From: Mizuhopecten yessoensis
Taxonomy: Eukaryota
Assembly (NCBI RefSeq): GCF_002113885.1
Contig: NW_018408732.1
Span: 309,473-373,472 of the forward strand
Length of the DNA: 64,000 nt
Reading direction: 5' to 3'
A program made the translations under genes and the position numbers. Each line of letters starts with the position of its first letter. Position 1 is the stretch's first letter. Under the pieces are notes generated by a model, which worked only from the letters and a program-made list of their open reading frames with translations, made no database searches and was not told the DNA's origin. This document shows, piece after piece, positions 1 through 23,113 of the stretch.

Positions 1-1320
1 GGTAAAGTCATTCTCCAGACACATGTAGGTAGCACTTTACATGTCTATATCTAGATTCTGGTAAAGTCATTCTCCAGACACATGTAGGTAGCACTTCACA
101 TGTTGATTTATAGATTATGGTAAAGTCATTCTCCAGCCACATGTAGGTAGCACTTTACATCTCTATTTCTATATTCTGGTAAAGTCATTCTCCAAACACA
201 TGTCTAGATTCTGGTAAAGTCATTATCAGGACACATGTAGGCAGTAATTTACATCCCTATTTCTAGATTCTGGTAAAGTAATTCTCCAGACACGTGTAGG
301 TAGTACTTTACACGTCTTTTTCTATAATCTGGTAAAGTCATTCTCCAGACACATGAAGGTAGCACTTTACACGTCTATATCTAGATTCTGGTAAAGTCAT
401 TCTCCAGACACCTGTAGGTAGGACTTTACATCTCTATTTCTATATTCTGGTAAAGTAATTCTCCAAACACATGTCTAGATTCTGGTAAAGTCATTATCAG
501 GACACATGTAGGCAGTAATTTACATCTCTATTTCTAGATTCTGGTAAAGTAATTCTCCAGACACGTGTAGGTAGTACTTTACACGTCTTTTTCTATAATC
601 TGGTAAAGTCATTCTCCAGACACATGTAGGTAGCACTTTACATGTCTATATCTGGATTCTGGTAAAGTCATTCTCAAGACACATGTAGGGAGGACTTTAC
701 ATCTCTATTTCTATATTCTGGTAAAGTAATTCTCCAGACACATGTAGGTAGCACTTTACCTGTCTATATTTAGATTCTGGTAAAGTCATTCTCCAGACAC
801 ATGTAGGTAGCACTTTACATGTTTATATCTAGATTCTGGTAAAGTCATTCTCCAGACGCATGTAGGTAGCACTTTACACGTCTATTTCTAGATTCTGGTA
901 AAGTCATTATCCAGACACATGTAGGTAGCACTTTACATGTCTATTTCTAGATTCTGGTAAAGTCATTCCCCAGACACATGTAGGTAGCACTTTACACGTC
1001 TATATCTAGATTCTGGTAAAGTCATTATCCAGACACATGTAGGTAGCACTTTACATGTCTATATCTAGATTCTTGTAAAGTCATTATCCAGACACATGTA
1101 GGCAGTACTTTACATGTCTATTTCTATAATTTGGTAACGTCATTCTCCAGACACATGTAGGCAGTACCTTACATGTCTATTTCTAGATTCTGGTAAAGTC
1201 ATTCTCCAGACACATGTAGGTAGCACTTTACACGTCTATATCTAGATTCTGGTAAAGTCATTATCCAGACACATGTAGGTAGCACTTTACACATCTAGTT
1301 CTACATTGTGGTAAAGTCGT
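1..1320. repeat. Intronic minisatellite, 59-bp unit, about 22 copies (continues upstream)
   Basis: Unit ggtaaagtcattctccagacacatgtaggtagcactttacatgtctatatctagattct. Confidence 0.97.
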
Positions 1321-1358
1321 TGTATTTTTTGTAAACTGTTTTGTTTTGGTTAATGCAG

Positions 1359-9580
<8,222 letters not shown>

Positions 9581-12140
9581 CGGAGAGATGTCTTACATCC
9601 AGTGTGTGAGGAGAAGAGGACCATTACAACGCTTTACCTGAGAGTCTCCTGACCATACAATAGCCGAGATGGGAGATCATCACCTTTACGCCAAAAACAT
9701 ACAATTTTTCATTTTCCAATTAATCGCTTTATTCAGTTTATTTCACTTCATATGTGAGAGTGTTTGGATTCATTTTGGACTGATTCCATGATTTTAAACA
9801 GTCATTATAGGGATATGTGTTATTTCTGCTTGTTGAGCCTTAGCCATGAAACAAAATGACAACAGATGACGGTGGTCGTTTTGTGATCGTGATTATAAAT
9901 TTTATTTTTTAACCTATTGTTTGTATAGCAAACACTTCCCGTTTGTACGTGATTTGGTGACAATGTTTAGTCGATATCACTACAGTGGCCGACCTAGGAG
10001 AGCTTCCAGGGCGTCGGTCATCCCACAGCACGCCTTTTACAACAACATGTATTTTCCCAATTTCTCTCTATGGAAACCCTCGAAGGATCATTCGGAATCC
10101 TTTGCAGATGAGTTTCTGGGTCTGCCACTCCTTGGGGAGGTATGGTCGGACGAGAGTTTTGGTATGTGTTAGTATCGTTTTATAGCTTATACATAGGTTA
10201 TGTTTGTAGACGTGTACCAGATGATCAATGCGGAGCTCAAATAATATATGACGGTGATTTGTTGTCCTCGTCCCGTATAGTCAGTCGTATATATAATTAT
10301 CCTTATGTATTCCGGGCTTTCATTTGTTACATTGTCATCTTTTGTTCATCACGTTTCTATTTAAATCCACTGTGCTTACCTCCCTTGCCTACGATACTGC
10401 GTACATTTCTACTTATAATGAATCAAGATTTTTGTGCATAATTTCATGTTTCTGTTAATTTAATTCTTGTTTAATGACGCTGAGTCATACACAAAATATA
10501 TGTCCCACGTTTGTATTTTTTAACAAGTTTCTGTCGGTCATTGTACCTTTTTTTGACACATTGTATTAGTGCCTACTAGACATAATATACAGGGTCATAC
10601 CTGTCATTAACGGACGTAGCAGCACACAGATATTCGGATACGAAAGTAATATGTTTATCATAATCTGGCTCGTAATTTATGTTTGTAGTCTGTTAAGCGT
10701 GTGTCTTCTTTATACAAGATGTTGATATTATTGTCTTGGTGTCGTGTGGGACATTGTATAATACCAACAATAATGACGTCGGTTTCCTCTGTTCTATTGT
10801 GTCGTTCACAACAGGGTCTTTATTACTATTAGGTAAAGACAACAGACTACGTTGTGATTGTCTCTTTTGACATCTAATGTCGTAATCATTATATTATCTG
10901 CTGGACAGATATTTAACTACCAATGTGTTAATTAGCTAGTCATTTAGGTTAAACTGTTTATTATAACATATGAATGAACAAAGTGTCATTATAGTAAGCT
11001 TGTGTGATATTTAATATCCATATTGTTGATGTGTGTGTGTTTTATGAGATTCTTTGTTTCGTAAACAGCCAAGAATTTGTCCGGACAGGTCTATTCGCTA
11101 GTCAGTAAAATACGTTTTATATCTGGAATTATTTCTTACATTTTAGTTTGTACATTTTAGTTTCGTACTCAATAGCTGGTTAACTCGCTTATCATCAGGA
11201 TATGATTACCTGGCTCGTTCTACTATACAGTTACATAATTATGATTGTACAAGTTCTTAGCTATCCTTTCATACCCTGCACGTGTTAAGACTTATTCGAC
11301 ATTATCGACACATATGGCACGCAATAAGTGATGTAAATGTGAGCGTTTCTGTAATATATCATTTATTTGTATTTATTATTTGATGTTATAATTGTGCATT
11401 TTCAAATATCTATGCCAATTCGTGCCGTAAACACTGTATTTCAATTTATAACTGTTATGTTCTCGTGCTATAACCAAACAGTTCATTAAAGGTTACCGAC
11501 TTTTCAAAAGTTACTAAAATAAATATATAGTGATTAAGTAATCAAAAATAAGAACAAAGTTTTACTTGACAAACCAGAAACTAGTGCAAAAGTTATGCAT
11601 GATATGATCAATAACAGGTAGTCACAGACTCTATTGAAGTACATAGTGTTGTACAAGTCTACTGTAGACGGGAAATCTAGAGCTAAGTATAACGTAATTC
11701 ACTATAAAAAGTCCAGGAGCCGTAGTTTTATCAATGTTATACAGTTTTAGGATAGAAAATCATAAATGTATAGCTATATATAACGTAATTCACTTACAAA
11801 ATAGAAAGTCCATAAGGTTTCAGTTTTACATGATGTAATTCACTTTACCTATATAGTAAGTTCATACATATATGACTAAAACGTCATGTTAAAGCCGACT
11901 TGTGGTGTTGTCTTCTTTTTAAAAAATAGTTTGTGCAGAAATCCATGCATGCGTTAACTTCCAATCAATGTCTTTTTTTATATTTATACGAACATTAAAT
12001 ATTGTTTGCTTTGTCTGTATAAGAACATTAATGAGTTGGTTCCCATTGGCTTTATCATTATTACATTCCAATAATCAGAAAAATACCTGTATATTTTTGT
12101 AATGATATGCAATGATCATTTTTTTAGAATTAAACTTCCT
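9581..12140 (+). other. Probable long 3' UTR of the PTP gene (end uncertain)
   Basis: U-rich, repeat-free sequence after the stop; candidate polyA signals AATAAA near 11518 and ATTAAA near 11994 and 12128. Confidence 0.4.
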
Positions 12141-12491
12141 ATTCATATCTCATATGTTCTTTTTTATTGTGACTAAACCGTTGACTAGATCTAGTGTGCT
12201 GACTGTTCTATCCACCCATCCACTGGGTTGTGATATTGTACCAAGGGATGGATGGACTGAACGGACATCTGGTTGAATTGTGTCATATTGATTGGAACAC
12301 AGACTACATATCCGTCTACTGACCGTTAACATTGTGTCTGAGGTCACAATGCTTTTAGAAAGGAATTACCATCTGATGAAATGAAATCGAATAAATTGAA
12401 AGTTAATATACAGCTTTAGCGTTGACATGCGCATTTTGAATTTGCCGACAAACGCAAATGTCCTACAATCAGCGTGGCTGGGGTTATAAGG

Positions 12492-12870
12492 CAGATACAC
12501 TGATTAAGGTGTTTATAATATACCTTTATAGAGTAACAAATCAGATACACTGATTAAGGTGTCTATAATAACACCTTTATAGAGTAACAAATCAGATACA
12601 CTGATTAGGGTGTCTATAATACACCTTTATAGAGTAACAAATCAGATATACTGATTAAAGTGTCTATAATAACACCTTTATAGAGTAACAGATCAGATAC
12701 ACTGATTAAGGTGTCTATAATAACACCTTTATAGAGTAACAAATCAGATACACTGATTAAGGTGTCTATAATACACCTTTATAGAGTAACAAATAAGATA
12801 CACTGATTAAGGTGTCTCGATAACATCTTTATAGAGGAACAAATAAGATACACTGAATAAGGTGTCTATA
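12492..12870. repeat. Minisatellite, 50-51 bp unit, about 7 copies
   Basis: cagatacactgattaaggtgtctataataacacctttatagagtaacaaat. Confidence 0.93.
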
Positions 12871-12873
12871 GTC

Positions 12874-15800
12874 CACCTTTATCACCAATAACACCTTTAT
12901 CATCTATAACACCTTTATCACCAATAACACCTTTATCATCAATAACACCTTTATCATCTATAACACCTGTATCATCTATAACACCTTTATCATATATAAC
13001 ACCTTTACCATCTATAACACCTTTATCATCAATAACACCTTTATCATCTATAACACCTGTATGAACAATAACATCTTTATCATCTATAACACCTGTATCA
13101 ACAATAACATCTTTATCATCTATAACACCTGTATCAACAATAACATCTTTATTGTCTATAACACCTGTATCAACAATAACACCTGTATCAACAATAACAA
13201 CTTTATCATCTATAACACATGTATCAACAATAACACCTTTGTCATCTATAACACCTTTACCATCTATAACACCTTTATCATCAATAACACCTTTATCACC
13301 AATAACACCTTTATCACCAATAACACCTTTATCAACAATAACACCTTTATCACCAATAACACCTTTATCATCTATAACACCTCTATCACCAACAACACAT
13401 TTATCATCTATAACACCTTTACCATCTATAACACCTTTATCAACAATAACACCTTTATCATCAATAACACCGGTACCTGTATCAACAATAACACCTTTAT
13501 CATCTATAACACATGTATCAACAATAACACCTTTATCATCTATAACACCTTTACCATCTATAACACATTTATCATCTATAACACCTGTATCATCAATAAC
13601 ACCTTTACGATCTATAACACCTTTATCATCTATAACACCTTTATCATATATAACACCTTTACCATCTATAACACCTTTATCAACAATAACACCTTTATCA
13701 CCAATAACACCTTTATCAACAATAACACCTTTATCATCAATAACACCTTTATCACCAATAACACCTGTACCATCTATAACACCTTTATCATATATAACAC
13801 CTTTATCAGCTATAACACCTTCACCATCAATAACACCTTTATCATCTATAGCACCTTTATCATCAATAACACCTTTATCATCTATAACACCTTTACTATC
13901 TGTAACACCTTTATCATCTACAACACCTTTATCATCTATAACACCTGTACCATCTATAACACCTGTATCATCTATAACACCTTTATCATCAATAACACCT
14001 TTTTCATCAATAACACCTTTATCATCTATAACACCTTTATCATCTATAACCCCTTTATCATCTATAACACATTTATCATCTATAACACCTGTATCAACAA
14101 TAACAACTTTATCATCTATAACACCTTTATCACCAATAACACCTTTATCATCTATAACACCTTTATCATCAACAATATCACCTTTATCATCCATATCACC
14201 TGTATCAACAATAACACATTTATTATCTACAACACCTTTATCATCTATAACACCTGTATCAACAATAACACCTTTATTATCTATAACACCTGTATCAACA
14301 ATAACACCTTTATCAACAATAACAACTTTATCATCTATAACACCTTTATCAACAATAACACATTTATCATCTATAACACCTGTATCAACAATAACACCTT
14401 TATCATCTATAACACCTTTATCATCTATAACACCTTTATCATCTATAACACCTTTATCATCTATAACACCTTTATCACCAATAACACCTTTATCAACAAT
14501 AACACCTGTATCAACAATAACACCTGTATCAACAATACCACCTTATCATCTATAACACCTTTATCATCTATAACACTTTTATCATCTATAACACCTGTAT
14601 CAACAATAACACCTTTATCATCTATAACACCTGTATCAACAATAACACCTTTATCATCTATAGCACCTTTATCATCTATAACACCTTTAAAAACAATAAC
14701 ACCTTATCATCTATAACACCTTTATCATCTATAACACTTTTATCATCTATAACACCTTTAACATTAATACCACCTTATCATCTATAACACCTTTATCATC
14801 TATAACACTTTTATCATCTATAACACCTGTATCAACAATAACACCTTTAGCATCTATAGCACCTTTATCATCTATAACACCTTTAAAAACAATAACACCT
14901 TATCATCTATAACACCTTTATCATCTATAACACCTTTAACATCAATAACACCTTTATCATCTATAACACCTTTATGTTCTTTAACACCCTTAACATCAAT
15001 AACACCTTTATCATCTATAACACCTTTATCATCTATAACCCCTTTATCATCTATAACACCTTTATCATCAATAACACTTTTACCATCTATAACAACTTTA
15101 TCATCTATAACACCTTTATCACCAATAACACCTTTATCATCTATAACACCTTTATCATCTACAATATCACCTTTATCATCTATAACACCTGTATCAACAA
15201 TAACACATTTATTATCTACAACACCTTTATCATCTATAACACCTGTATCAACAATAACACCTTTATTATCTATAACACCTGTATCAACAATAACACCTTT
15301 ATTATCTATAACACCTGTATCAACAATAACACCTGTATCAACAATAACAACTTTATCATCTATAACACCTTTATCAACAATAACACATTTATCATCTATA
15401 ACACCTGTATCAACAATAACACCTTTATCATCTATAACGACTTTATCATCTATAACACTTTTATCATCTATAACACCTTTAACATTAATAACACCTTATC
15501 ATATATAACACCTTTATCATCTATAACACCTTTATCATCTATAACACCCCTTTATCATCTATTCCACATGTATCATCTATTCCACATGTATCATCTATTC
15601 CACATGTATCATCTATTACACATGTATCATCTATTCCACATGTATCATCTATTACACCTTTATCATCTTTAGCACCTTTATCATCTATTACATATGTATC
15701 ATCTATTACACCTTTATCATCTTTAGCACCTTTATCATCTACAATATCACCTTTATCATCTACAATATCACCTTTATCATCTATAACACCTTTAAAAACA

Positions 15801-17241
15801 ATAACACCTTATCATCTATAACACCTTTATCAACAATAACACCTTTATCAACAATGACACCTTTATCATCTATAACACCTGTATCAACAATAACACCTTT
15901 ATCATCAATAACACCTTTATAATCTATAACACCTTTATCATCTATTACACATGTATCATCTATTACACCTTTATCATCTATAACACCTTTATCATCTATA
16001 ACACCTCTATCATTTATAACACCTCTATCATCTATAACACATTTTTCATCTATACACCTTTATCATCTATAACACCTTTATCATCTATAACACCTTTATC
16101 ATCAATAACACCTTTATCATCTATAACACCTCGTTCATCTATAACACCTTTATCATTTATAACACCTCTATCATCTATAACACCTTTATCATATATAACA
16201 CCTTTATCATCAATAACACCTTTACCATCTATAACACCTTTATCATCTATAACACCTTTACCATCAATAACACCTTTATCATCAATAACACCTTTATCAT
16301 CAATAACACCTTTACCATCTATAACACATTTATCATCTTTAACACCTCTATCATCTATAACACCTATATCATCTATAACACCTCTATCATCTATAACACC
16401 TCTATCATATATAACACCTTTATCATCAATAACACCTCTATCATCTATAACACCTCTATCATCTATAACACATTTATCATTTATAACACCTCTTTCATCT
16501 ATAACACCTCTATCATATATAACACCTTTACCATCTATAACACCTCTATCATCTATTACACCTCTATCATCTATAACACCTGTATCATCTATAACACCTG
16601 TATCATCTATAACACCTTTATCATATATAACACCTTTATCATCAATAACACATTTATCATCTATAACACCTCTATCATCTATAACACCTCTTTCATCTAT
16701 AACACCTCTATCATATATAACACCTCTATCATCTATAACACCTCTATCATCTATAACACTTTTATCATCTATAACACCTCTATCATATATAACACCTCTA
16801 TCATCTATAACACCTCTATCATATATAACACCTCTATCATCTATAACACCTCTATCATCTATAACACCTCTATCATCTATAACACCTCTATCATATATAA
16901 TACCTTTACCATCTATAACACCTCTATCATCTATAACACCTCTATCATCTATAACACCTTTATCATCTATAACACCTCTATCATCTATAACACCTCTATC
17001 ATATATAACACCTTTATCATCTATAACACCTCTATCATCTATAACACCTCTATTATCTATAACACCTGTATCATCTATAACACCTTTATCATCTATAACA
17101 CCTCTATTATCTATAACACCTGTATCATCTATAATACCTCTATTATCTATAACACCTGTATCATCTATAACACCTGTATCATCTATAACACCTTTATCAT
17201 CTATAACACCTCTATTATCTATAACACCTGTATCATCTATA
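12874..17241. repeat. 18-bp satellite, about 4.4 kb (roughly 240 copies)
   Basis: Unit ataacacctttatcatct with regional variants; generates the long low-complexity ORFs in the track. Confidence 0.97.
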
Positions 17242-17980
17242 TACTGTTTTACACTATCACCAGTAGCATGATAATAACGCAATCTTTATGGGTTTTCACT
17301 ATGAGAATACTTGAACAGACGTTGAGAATGACACTTCAGAATGGACTTGCCCATTTGTGACTTGTTTTTCTCAAAAAGGAATGTCTGCTCGTCCATTCCA
17401 TAACATTTTATAAATGAATTATACACGTATAAGGGGAGTGACAAGCACTGAATTCATAACTCAAACTTATTGATTGTAAACATGTCTCGTTGTATAGATT
17501 CGATAAATCTGACTTTACTTATTTTTAAAAATGGCCAAATATCTCTTTGTGGATTTAAGAGACATGTTGATCTAGTCGTGCGACCTATACTGATAAGTAA
17601 ACTTTAGATAATGTGTCATTTCAGAGCATTCAATGTTGTTATAACTGACCTGGGCATGGTATAAACATTATAAATGTACAATGTTTATAGCACGTCAAGC
17701 TCATTTATGATAACATGTTACGAATGTACTCATAATACATAGTTTAGTAATCAGCTTGTAAAAGAGAATATAAGCTCCAAATGCCTTAGGTATATGAATT
17801 GACTTAAATAAGGTGTCATTTCGTAATATACAGTTTGGATACAAAAGAGAATGAAATGCCATGCCAATGAACCATTTTATGCGTCATCATACTCCATTGC
17901 CTTATTGTCCTAAACGAAATCAGTAATGTACCATTTGAATAAAGTTTCAGACCAATAGGTACAAGCTACGTTTATATATA

Positions 17981-19485
17981 CAACTCACATTTTGCTAAGG
18001 ATCACCTATATTTTGAAGAAGAAAAAAATCAAAATGTTGGGAAGGATATTATATTTTCCTTCCGTACTGTTTTGTGTGAATATGTTAGCATTCCAAATCG
18101 TCTTGTGTGGGTGTGTTCAGTCAACCATAAAAGCGCGTGCACGCTTTTCCACATGTGCACCTCTTTCAAAAGCTAAGCTATGCTAAGTAAGGCGTTGTTT
18201 AAATTGTTAAGGAAATCATTTGTGTTAATATGGCACAAAGACGAACCAGACAACGGTTAAATGACGGTGAAATGAATAGGGGCATCGGAATGCTACAAGC
18301 TAGCATGTCTCAACGTCAGGTTGCAGCAGACCTTGGGGTGTCTCAAAGTGGGTGGTAAAAATGTCGATTCGTTTTCAAACTAACGGAAACCCTTCCAGAC
18401 GTCATGCTTGAGGTCGTTCTATGGCTACAACGCAGCGCCAAGACCGTCACAGGTTCCAGACTGCCACAACTTTAAGAAATGACCTCCTAAATGCTTCTAG
18501 TACCCGGGTAGCCACTCAGACAGTTAGGAACCGTCTTCATGATGCTGGTTTAAGGTCACGTAGACCAGCAATACGAGTTCCATTAACTGTCCGACATGTT
18601 AGGGACCGATTAGATTGGGACCAAGGTCACAGTACTTGGACTCTTCAGGAATGGGAACAGGTTCTTTTTACTGACGAGTCCAGATTCTGTCTCGACTTCA
18701 CCTACAGACGCGTTAGAGTATGGAGACAACATGGGGAGAAGTTCCAGGCAGGTAACGTTGTGGAACGTGACCAATATGGCGGAGGTTCAGTGATGGTGTG
18801 GGGAGGCATAAGCTTTCGTGGGAAAACTGATCTCCATGTATTCCATAATGGTACCGTTACGGCCCGGATTTACTACGATGAAATCTCCCTACGCTGGCGC
18901 TATCGGCCCTGACTTCATCCTTATGGACGATAGTGCTAGGCCACATAGAGCAAGGGTGAATGAGCAGTATCTACAGCAAGAGACTATTCAACGAAAGGAT
19001 TGGCCAACCCTCTCGCCGGATCTAAATCCCATCGAGCATGTGTGGGACATGCTGCAGACAGCTCTCTCTGCCAGAAATGTTCAGCCAAGAACGCTACATG
19101 AGCTTGGAACAGCTTTGGTAGCTGCGTGGAACGCTATACCACAAAAACGGATACGCGATCTCATTCGGGGCATGCGCATACGTTGTGAAGCTGCAATTGA
19201 TACTCATGGGCGTCACACTCGATACTAAAACAGTTTCTGTTTATTTAGGATGAGTTTTGTTCAATTTAAGTTTTTTGGTGAATACCACGTTGTTACCAAT
19301 TTTAAAGGTAACCCTTAACCTGTGGCTCATTTTCCGACTGTAATTACGATTTTTGGAAGTTTTGCATGCTGATAAATTAAAAGGACAAATTATTTTTTCA
19401 AAAATAATCCCAGTATAAACCAAATGAAATATTCATTTTCACATATGCCCCAAAATAAAAGTGATCCTTAGCAAAATGTGAGTAG
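17981..19485 (+). mobile_element. Tc1-family (DD34E) DNA transposon, near full length, inactive
   Basis: TIR caactcacattttgctaaggatcac (17981-18005) against gtgatccttagcaaaatgtgagtag (19461-19485), one mismatch; flanked by TA; contains a transposase remnant. Confidence 0.93.
18230..19228 (+). pseudogene. Tc1-like transposase pseudogene
   Basis: HTH start MAQRR...SQRQVAADLGVSQS, then VLFTDESRF, MDDSARPH and WPTLSPDLNPIEHVW with 34 residues between the second D and E. Broken by stops and frameshifts near 18357, 18408 and 18890. Confidence 0.92.
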
Positions 19486-19522
19486 TATATATACTGTATA
19501 TATCAACACCAATGTTTTATTG

Positions 19523-19810
19523 TGGTCTCTAGCAATGGTCTCTAGCAATGACCTCTAGCAATGATATCTAGCAATGATCTCTAGCAATGTTCTCTAGCAA
19601 TGGTCTCTAACAATGATCTCTAGCAATGGTCTCTAGCAATGGTCTCTAGGAATGTTCTCTAGCAATGGTCTCTAGCAATGATCTCTAGCAATGGTCTCTA
19701 GCAATGATATCTAGCAATGATCTCTAGCAATGATTTCTAGCAATGGTCTCTAGCAATGATATCAAGCAATGGTCTTTAGCAATGGTCTCTAGCAATGATC
19801 TCTAGCAGTG
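19523..19810. repeat. 13-bp minisatellite, about 22 copies
   Basis: Unit ctctagcaatggt and variants. Confidence 0.93.
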
Positions 19811-21350
19811 ATCGATAAATGGGACTAGAAGCCCGTTCACATTAACGAGTTCAGAGCGACGACGCTACAACGCTGTACTCGGCACAAACGCTGGTCATAT
19901 GCGGTATTAAACATGTGACAGGCCAACCTACCCTGCGTTAACGCCTAATCAATCAGTTTAACACGGATGCTTTTCTTAGTTACTTCGTCCTTAAATGACC
20001 TTAGATGCTTCTAAGACGTTACGCATAATTAAACCAAACAGTGACCATCGTTTAGGGACCTTTAAAAACCGATTTGAACATTTTGTTTGTACGTACTATT
20101 GTGTTTGGATTAACATGCTGCAGTGCCGATGTTCAGCCATGTGATTGACTTCATCCTAGACTAAACCAAGTTCCTACATAATCTACTTGGTCAGTATATC
20201 AATATGACGTAGCAATGCCAAAGTGTCTTGTGCAAAGGTACTTTCCATGTCTGCAGTACCAGTAATTTAATGTTGGGCGATATTTTCTCCCAAAACAAGG
20301 ACAGTCAGAAGCAGGATAAAAAGGTCCGTGAGGTTAAAATATCCATATAAACGTTGTTTTTCTCCGCGGTTTACTACCAAACGGTGATAATTCGTTCGGT
20401 GACGTAATCGTCCTTTTGTTTCAACAGAGAGTACACTCAATATAATAGCCAGCATTGTAGTCATGTTTTAAATTCTGCAGTTGAAATCATCTGGCAGAAT
20501 AATTTTAGTGAGGGAATCGCTGTAAGTCCTGTCAGTAATAAAAATGCAGTATGTTACAATTTTTAATTCCACCTTTGAAATGTTCAAGCACTGGCCTGTC
20601 TTAAAAGTCAAATAACCAATTTAAGATCTGAGTTTGCAAGGTCTGACACGTACAACTTTTAGAAAAATCAGATGCCTAGCCGGTAACAACTTATTGTGTA
20701 ACTGTGAAATACACCATGGGAGACATTTTGTATACTTTGCACCGAGTCAGCAAAAAAAATCCCGTTTTTTTCTCAGCCCGTGAATAAAACAAGTGCTCCT
20801 TGCCGTAGTGTCCTCGGTGATGAGACTGGCCACCAATAAAGTCGCTTGCTTAGTGGTAAGAGAATACTGAAGAGACAGCAGAACTGTAATTAGAAATTAA
20901 AAATCTAAAGAAAAAGGAAAATATGAGCAAAGCTAACCTTTGAAAAGTATAAAGAGAATAGGTAAGGATGTTCCGGAAGGGTAGGCGTCTTCTGTTCCAT
21001 TGACGACACCCGCCATGTAAATCTAGGTCAGATCCAAGTAATGTCACGTCCTCATACCGAGAACCGGGGTAGTGACAATAAAACAACAAGACACAGTAAT
21101 GGACCAATTCAAAAACATCGATCATCATATCACACTAGAAATTAGAACATTTCCCAGCGAGATCACGATAGGGGCCATTAAACTTGGCCGCATTTTTCAT
21201 TTCTTTCCCAGCAGGCACTTCAACGTTAGATTTAAGTTGGATTTGAATTTTATAAATCGAGGCTTTTGCTTCGACTCGTGCCCGTATGTCCGATCCAAAA
21301 TTTATTGTACATGTCTGTATTTTGATTTATTTCCATTGGACTAACGTTCA

Positions 21351-21468
21351 ATAAACGAAACAGGACTGTGTCGATCGCCGGCAACTAGGTAGCTCAATCA
21401 GTTAGAGAACCCGTGTAGAGTTCCGAGTCCCGGGTTCTAATTCCGGTCTGGTCATGCTCTCCTGTTAT
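21351..21468 (+). mobile_element. Solo LTR of the tRNA-containing TRIM family (degenerate)
   Basis: ggactgtgtcgatcgccggcaactaggtagctcaatcagttagag...gggttctaattcc...ctcctgttata aligns by eye with the LTR at 36454-36574. Confidence 0.6.
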
Positions 21469-22636
21469 ATGATAATTAATTCAGATAATTAGTTTTGATT
21501 CGTTGGTTTGTGGTAAAAGAAATAGTTTTAAACATTTTAATATCCTACCGATAAAGATTGTTTATGCTGTATACATTGTAAGATGTGTTTTCCTTTTAAA
21601 GTAAATGTTTTAGTAATGCAAATAAACTGGATACTTATAGGATGCACTGACACATATAAGGAGGCAAAGGCCGGTCAGACAGATCGATCAAACGGCTGAT
21701 TCCGTGACAAAGCTAATAAGCTAACCAAGAGGTTGCCTGCAACGGCTACTTCTTCTACGTTGTGTTTTAGGCTAGTCTGGCAATCTCAGACCGGGCTCGG
21801 TACCCTGAGTGCTGTGAACAGTAGGTTGTCCTTGTTTCCACTCTAATTTCTGACGTCCATACTACGGCAGTTTCTGACGTCTGAACAACGTGTTTCCATG
21901 TAGAAATCAAGCTGTACATACGTGGTTCTAACGTCCAGAAAACGTTCATTTTCAACCCAATGTCAATGCGTACACGTCAAAGTACGACCTTGTTTCAAAG
22001 TTGATCCACAATCATTACCCCGGTGAGCTTGTATTTGAGACATGATGATGGGTGCCATATACAAAAGTCATGCTTACGTAGGACCTGCATGATTTCAAGT
22101 TGATTTGTGTGTTGTTATGTCATGTACTTTTTGACTCGTTTACTGTTTTTGTATTGACCTGGGTACGTATTGTTTTATTGTGTCTGGCCCAGTGGTACAT
22201 GCTTTGATTACCTGGAGAAATATATTTTTTAACAATGAACAAAAGTGTAACGTTGATGTTTGCCTCATTTGTGTCTTTCCTGTATAGCTACAGGTTTATA
22301 TTTAAAGTTTGCCCTAGGAGGTCCATGGCTGAGGAAGGTTTAAATTGGGCGATATCTCACTAGCGGAGCGATACTGATATATTTATATTTAAACCGAATC
22401 ACATCCCAGCATGACCGTGGCTAATTGAATCCCTCGTTATCCTGTCCGAGAGAGAATACCTTCAGCAGATACGTACAAATGTGAGTCTCGAGAAAAAGTC
22501 TACTCGTTCTAATATTACAGACAATAAATAAACAGCATTGAACCGCACCTTTCTTGCTGGAGACTCCCCCTCCAGCATGCATTTATAACTGTTTCTGATC
22601 TTTGTCTATCCTACAGTTCAGCCAGATCAAATATTT

Positions 22637-23113
22637 ATGATATCGTATGTAATAAAGGTACCTGGATGGTAAAACTTAAGATACAGGCTCACGAAACTTG
22701 TTACATTTCATAGTTTAAGTTGATATTTTGTGTATTTTTGAAAATTTCACGCTCTTAATTGCATTCCAGAAAAAATACCAAGAAAAAAACCCCGCCAGAT
22801 ATGTATATTTCATGTAACGATTACGGGTATGTGTTATTTTGTGTCTGCCTATAGAAGGTTTCTGTTGTATCAAGCTTAAGCTCAAACTGAAATCAAACAC
22901 GGCAAGTCTTGGGATTCAAAATGATTATCTTCAGATATTTTATAAAATAAATGCTCGAGTTCAGAACCCGATTGGTGGTTCATAGCATGCAATGACAGCA
23001 TCTTCAGTAAAATTTATGTAATTTCTTTGTATTACAGACAGCCGGTAGCCCACCCAAAACGTAACACCAACGTCAGCCGGGCATCATCGGACACGGAGTT
23101 CTACCGGCTGTGA
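22637..23113 (+). CDS. Candidate small spliced ORF or alternative terminal exons (MIS/QPVAHPKRNTNVSRASSDTEFYRL)
   Basis: Canonical acceptors at 22616 and 23037, donor gtatgt at 22645, GC3-rich codons, tandem TGA TGA stop. No homology recognised. Confidence 0.3.

Noticed and set aside
11-40. Array of 6-nt microexons (ttctccag ACACAT gtaggt) in the 59-bp repeat
   Set aside because: Inclusion would disrupt the conserved ILP-x-DHSRV motif, the pyrimidine tract is short, and nothing else supports it.
12866-17282. Long ORFs of 232-551 aa (DDKGVI, SSITPL and YNTFII repeats) resembling acidic shell-matrix or mucin proteins
   Set aside because: An 18-bp satellite is open in several frames on both strands at once, has frameshifting 17-bp units, shows no bias to synonymous changes, and lacks a signal peptide or splice context.
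22411-22480. ATG ACC GTG GCT AAT TGA in frame with the downstream small ORF, suggesting selenocysteine or readthrough
   Set aside because: No recognisable SECIS, redox motif or readthrough context; more simply a uORF.
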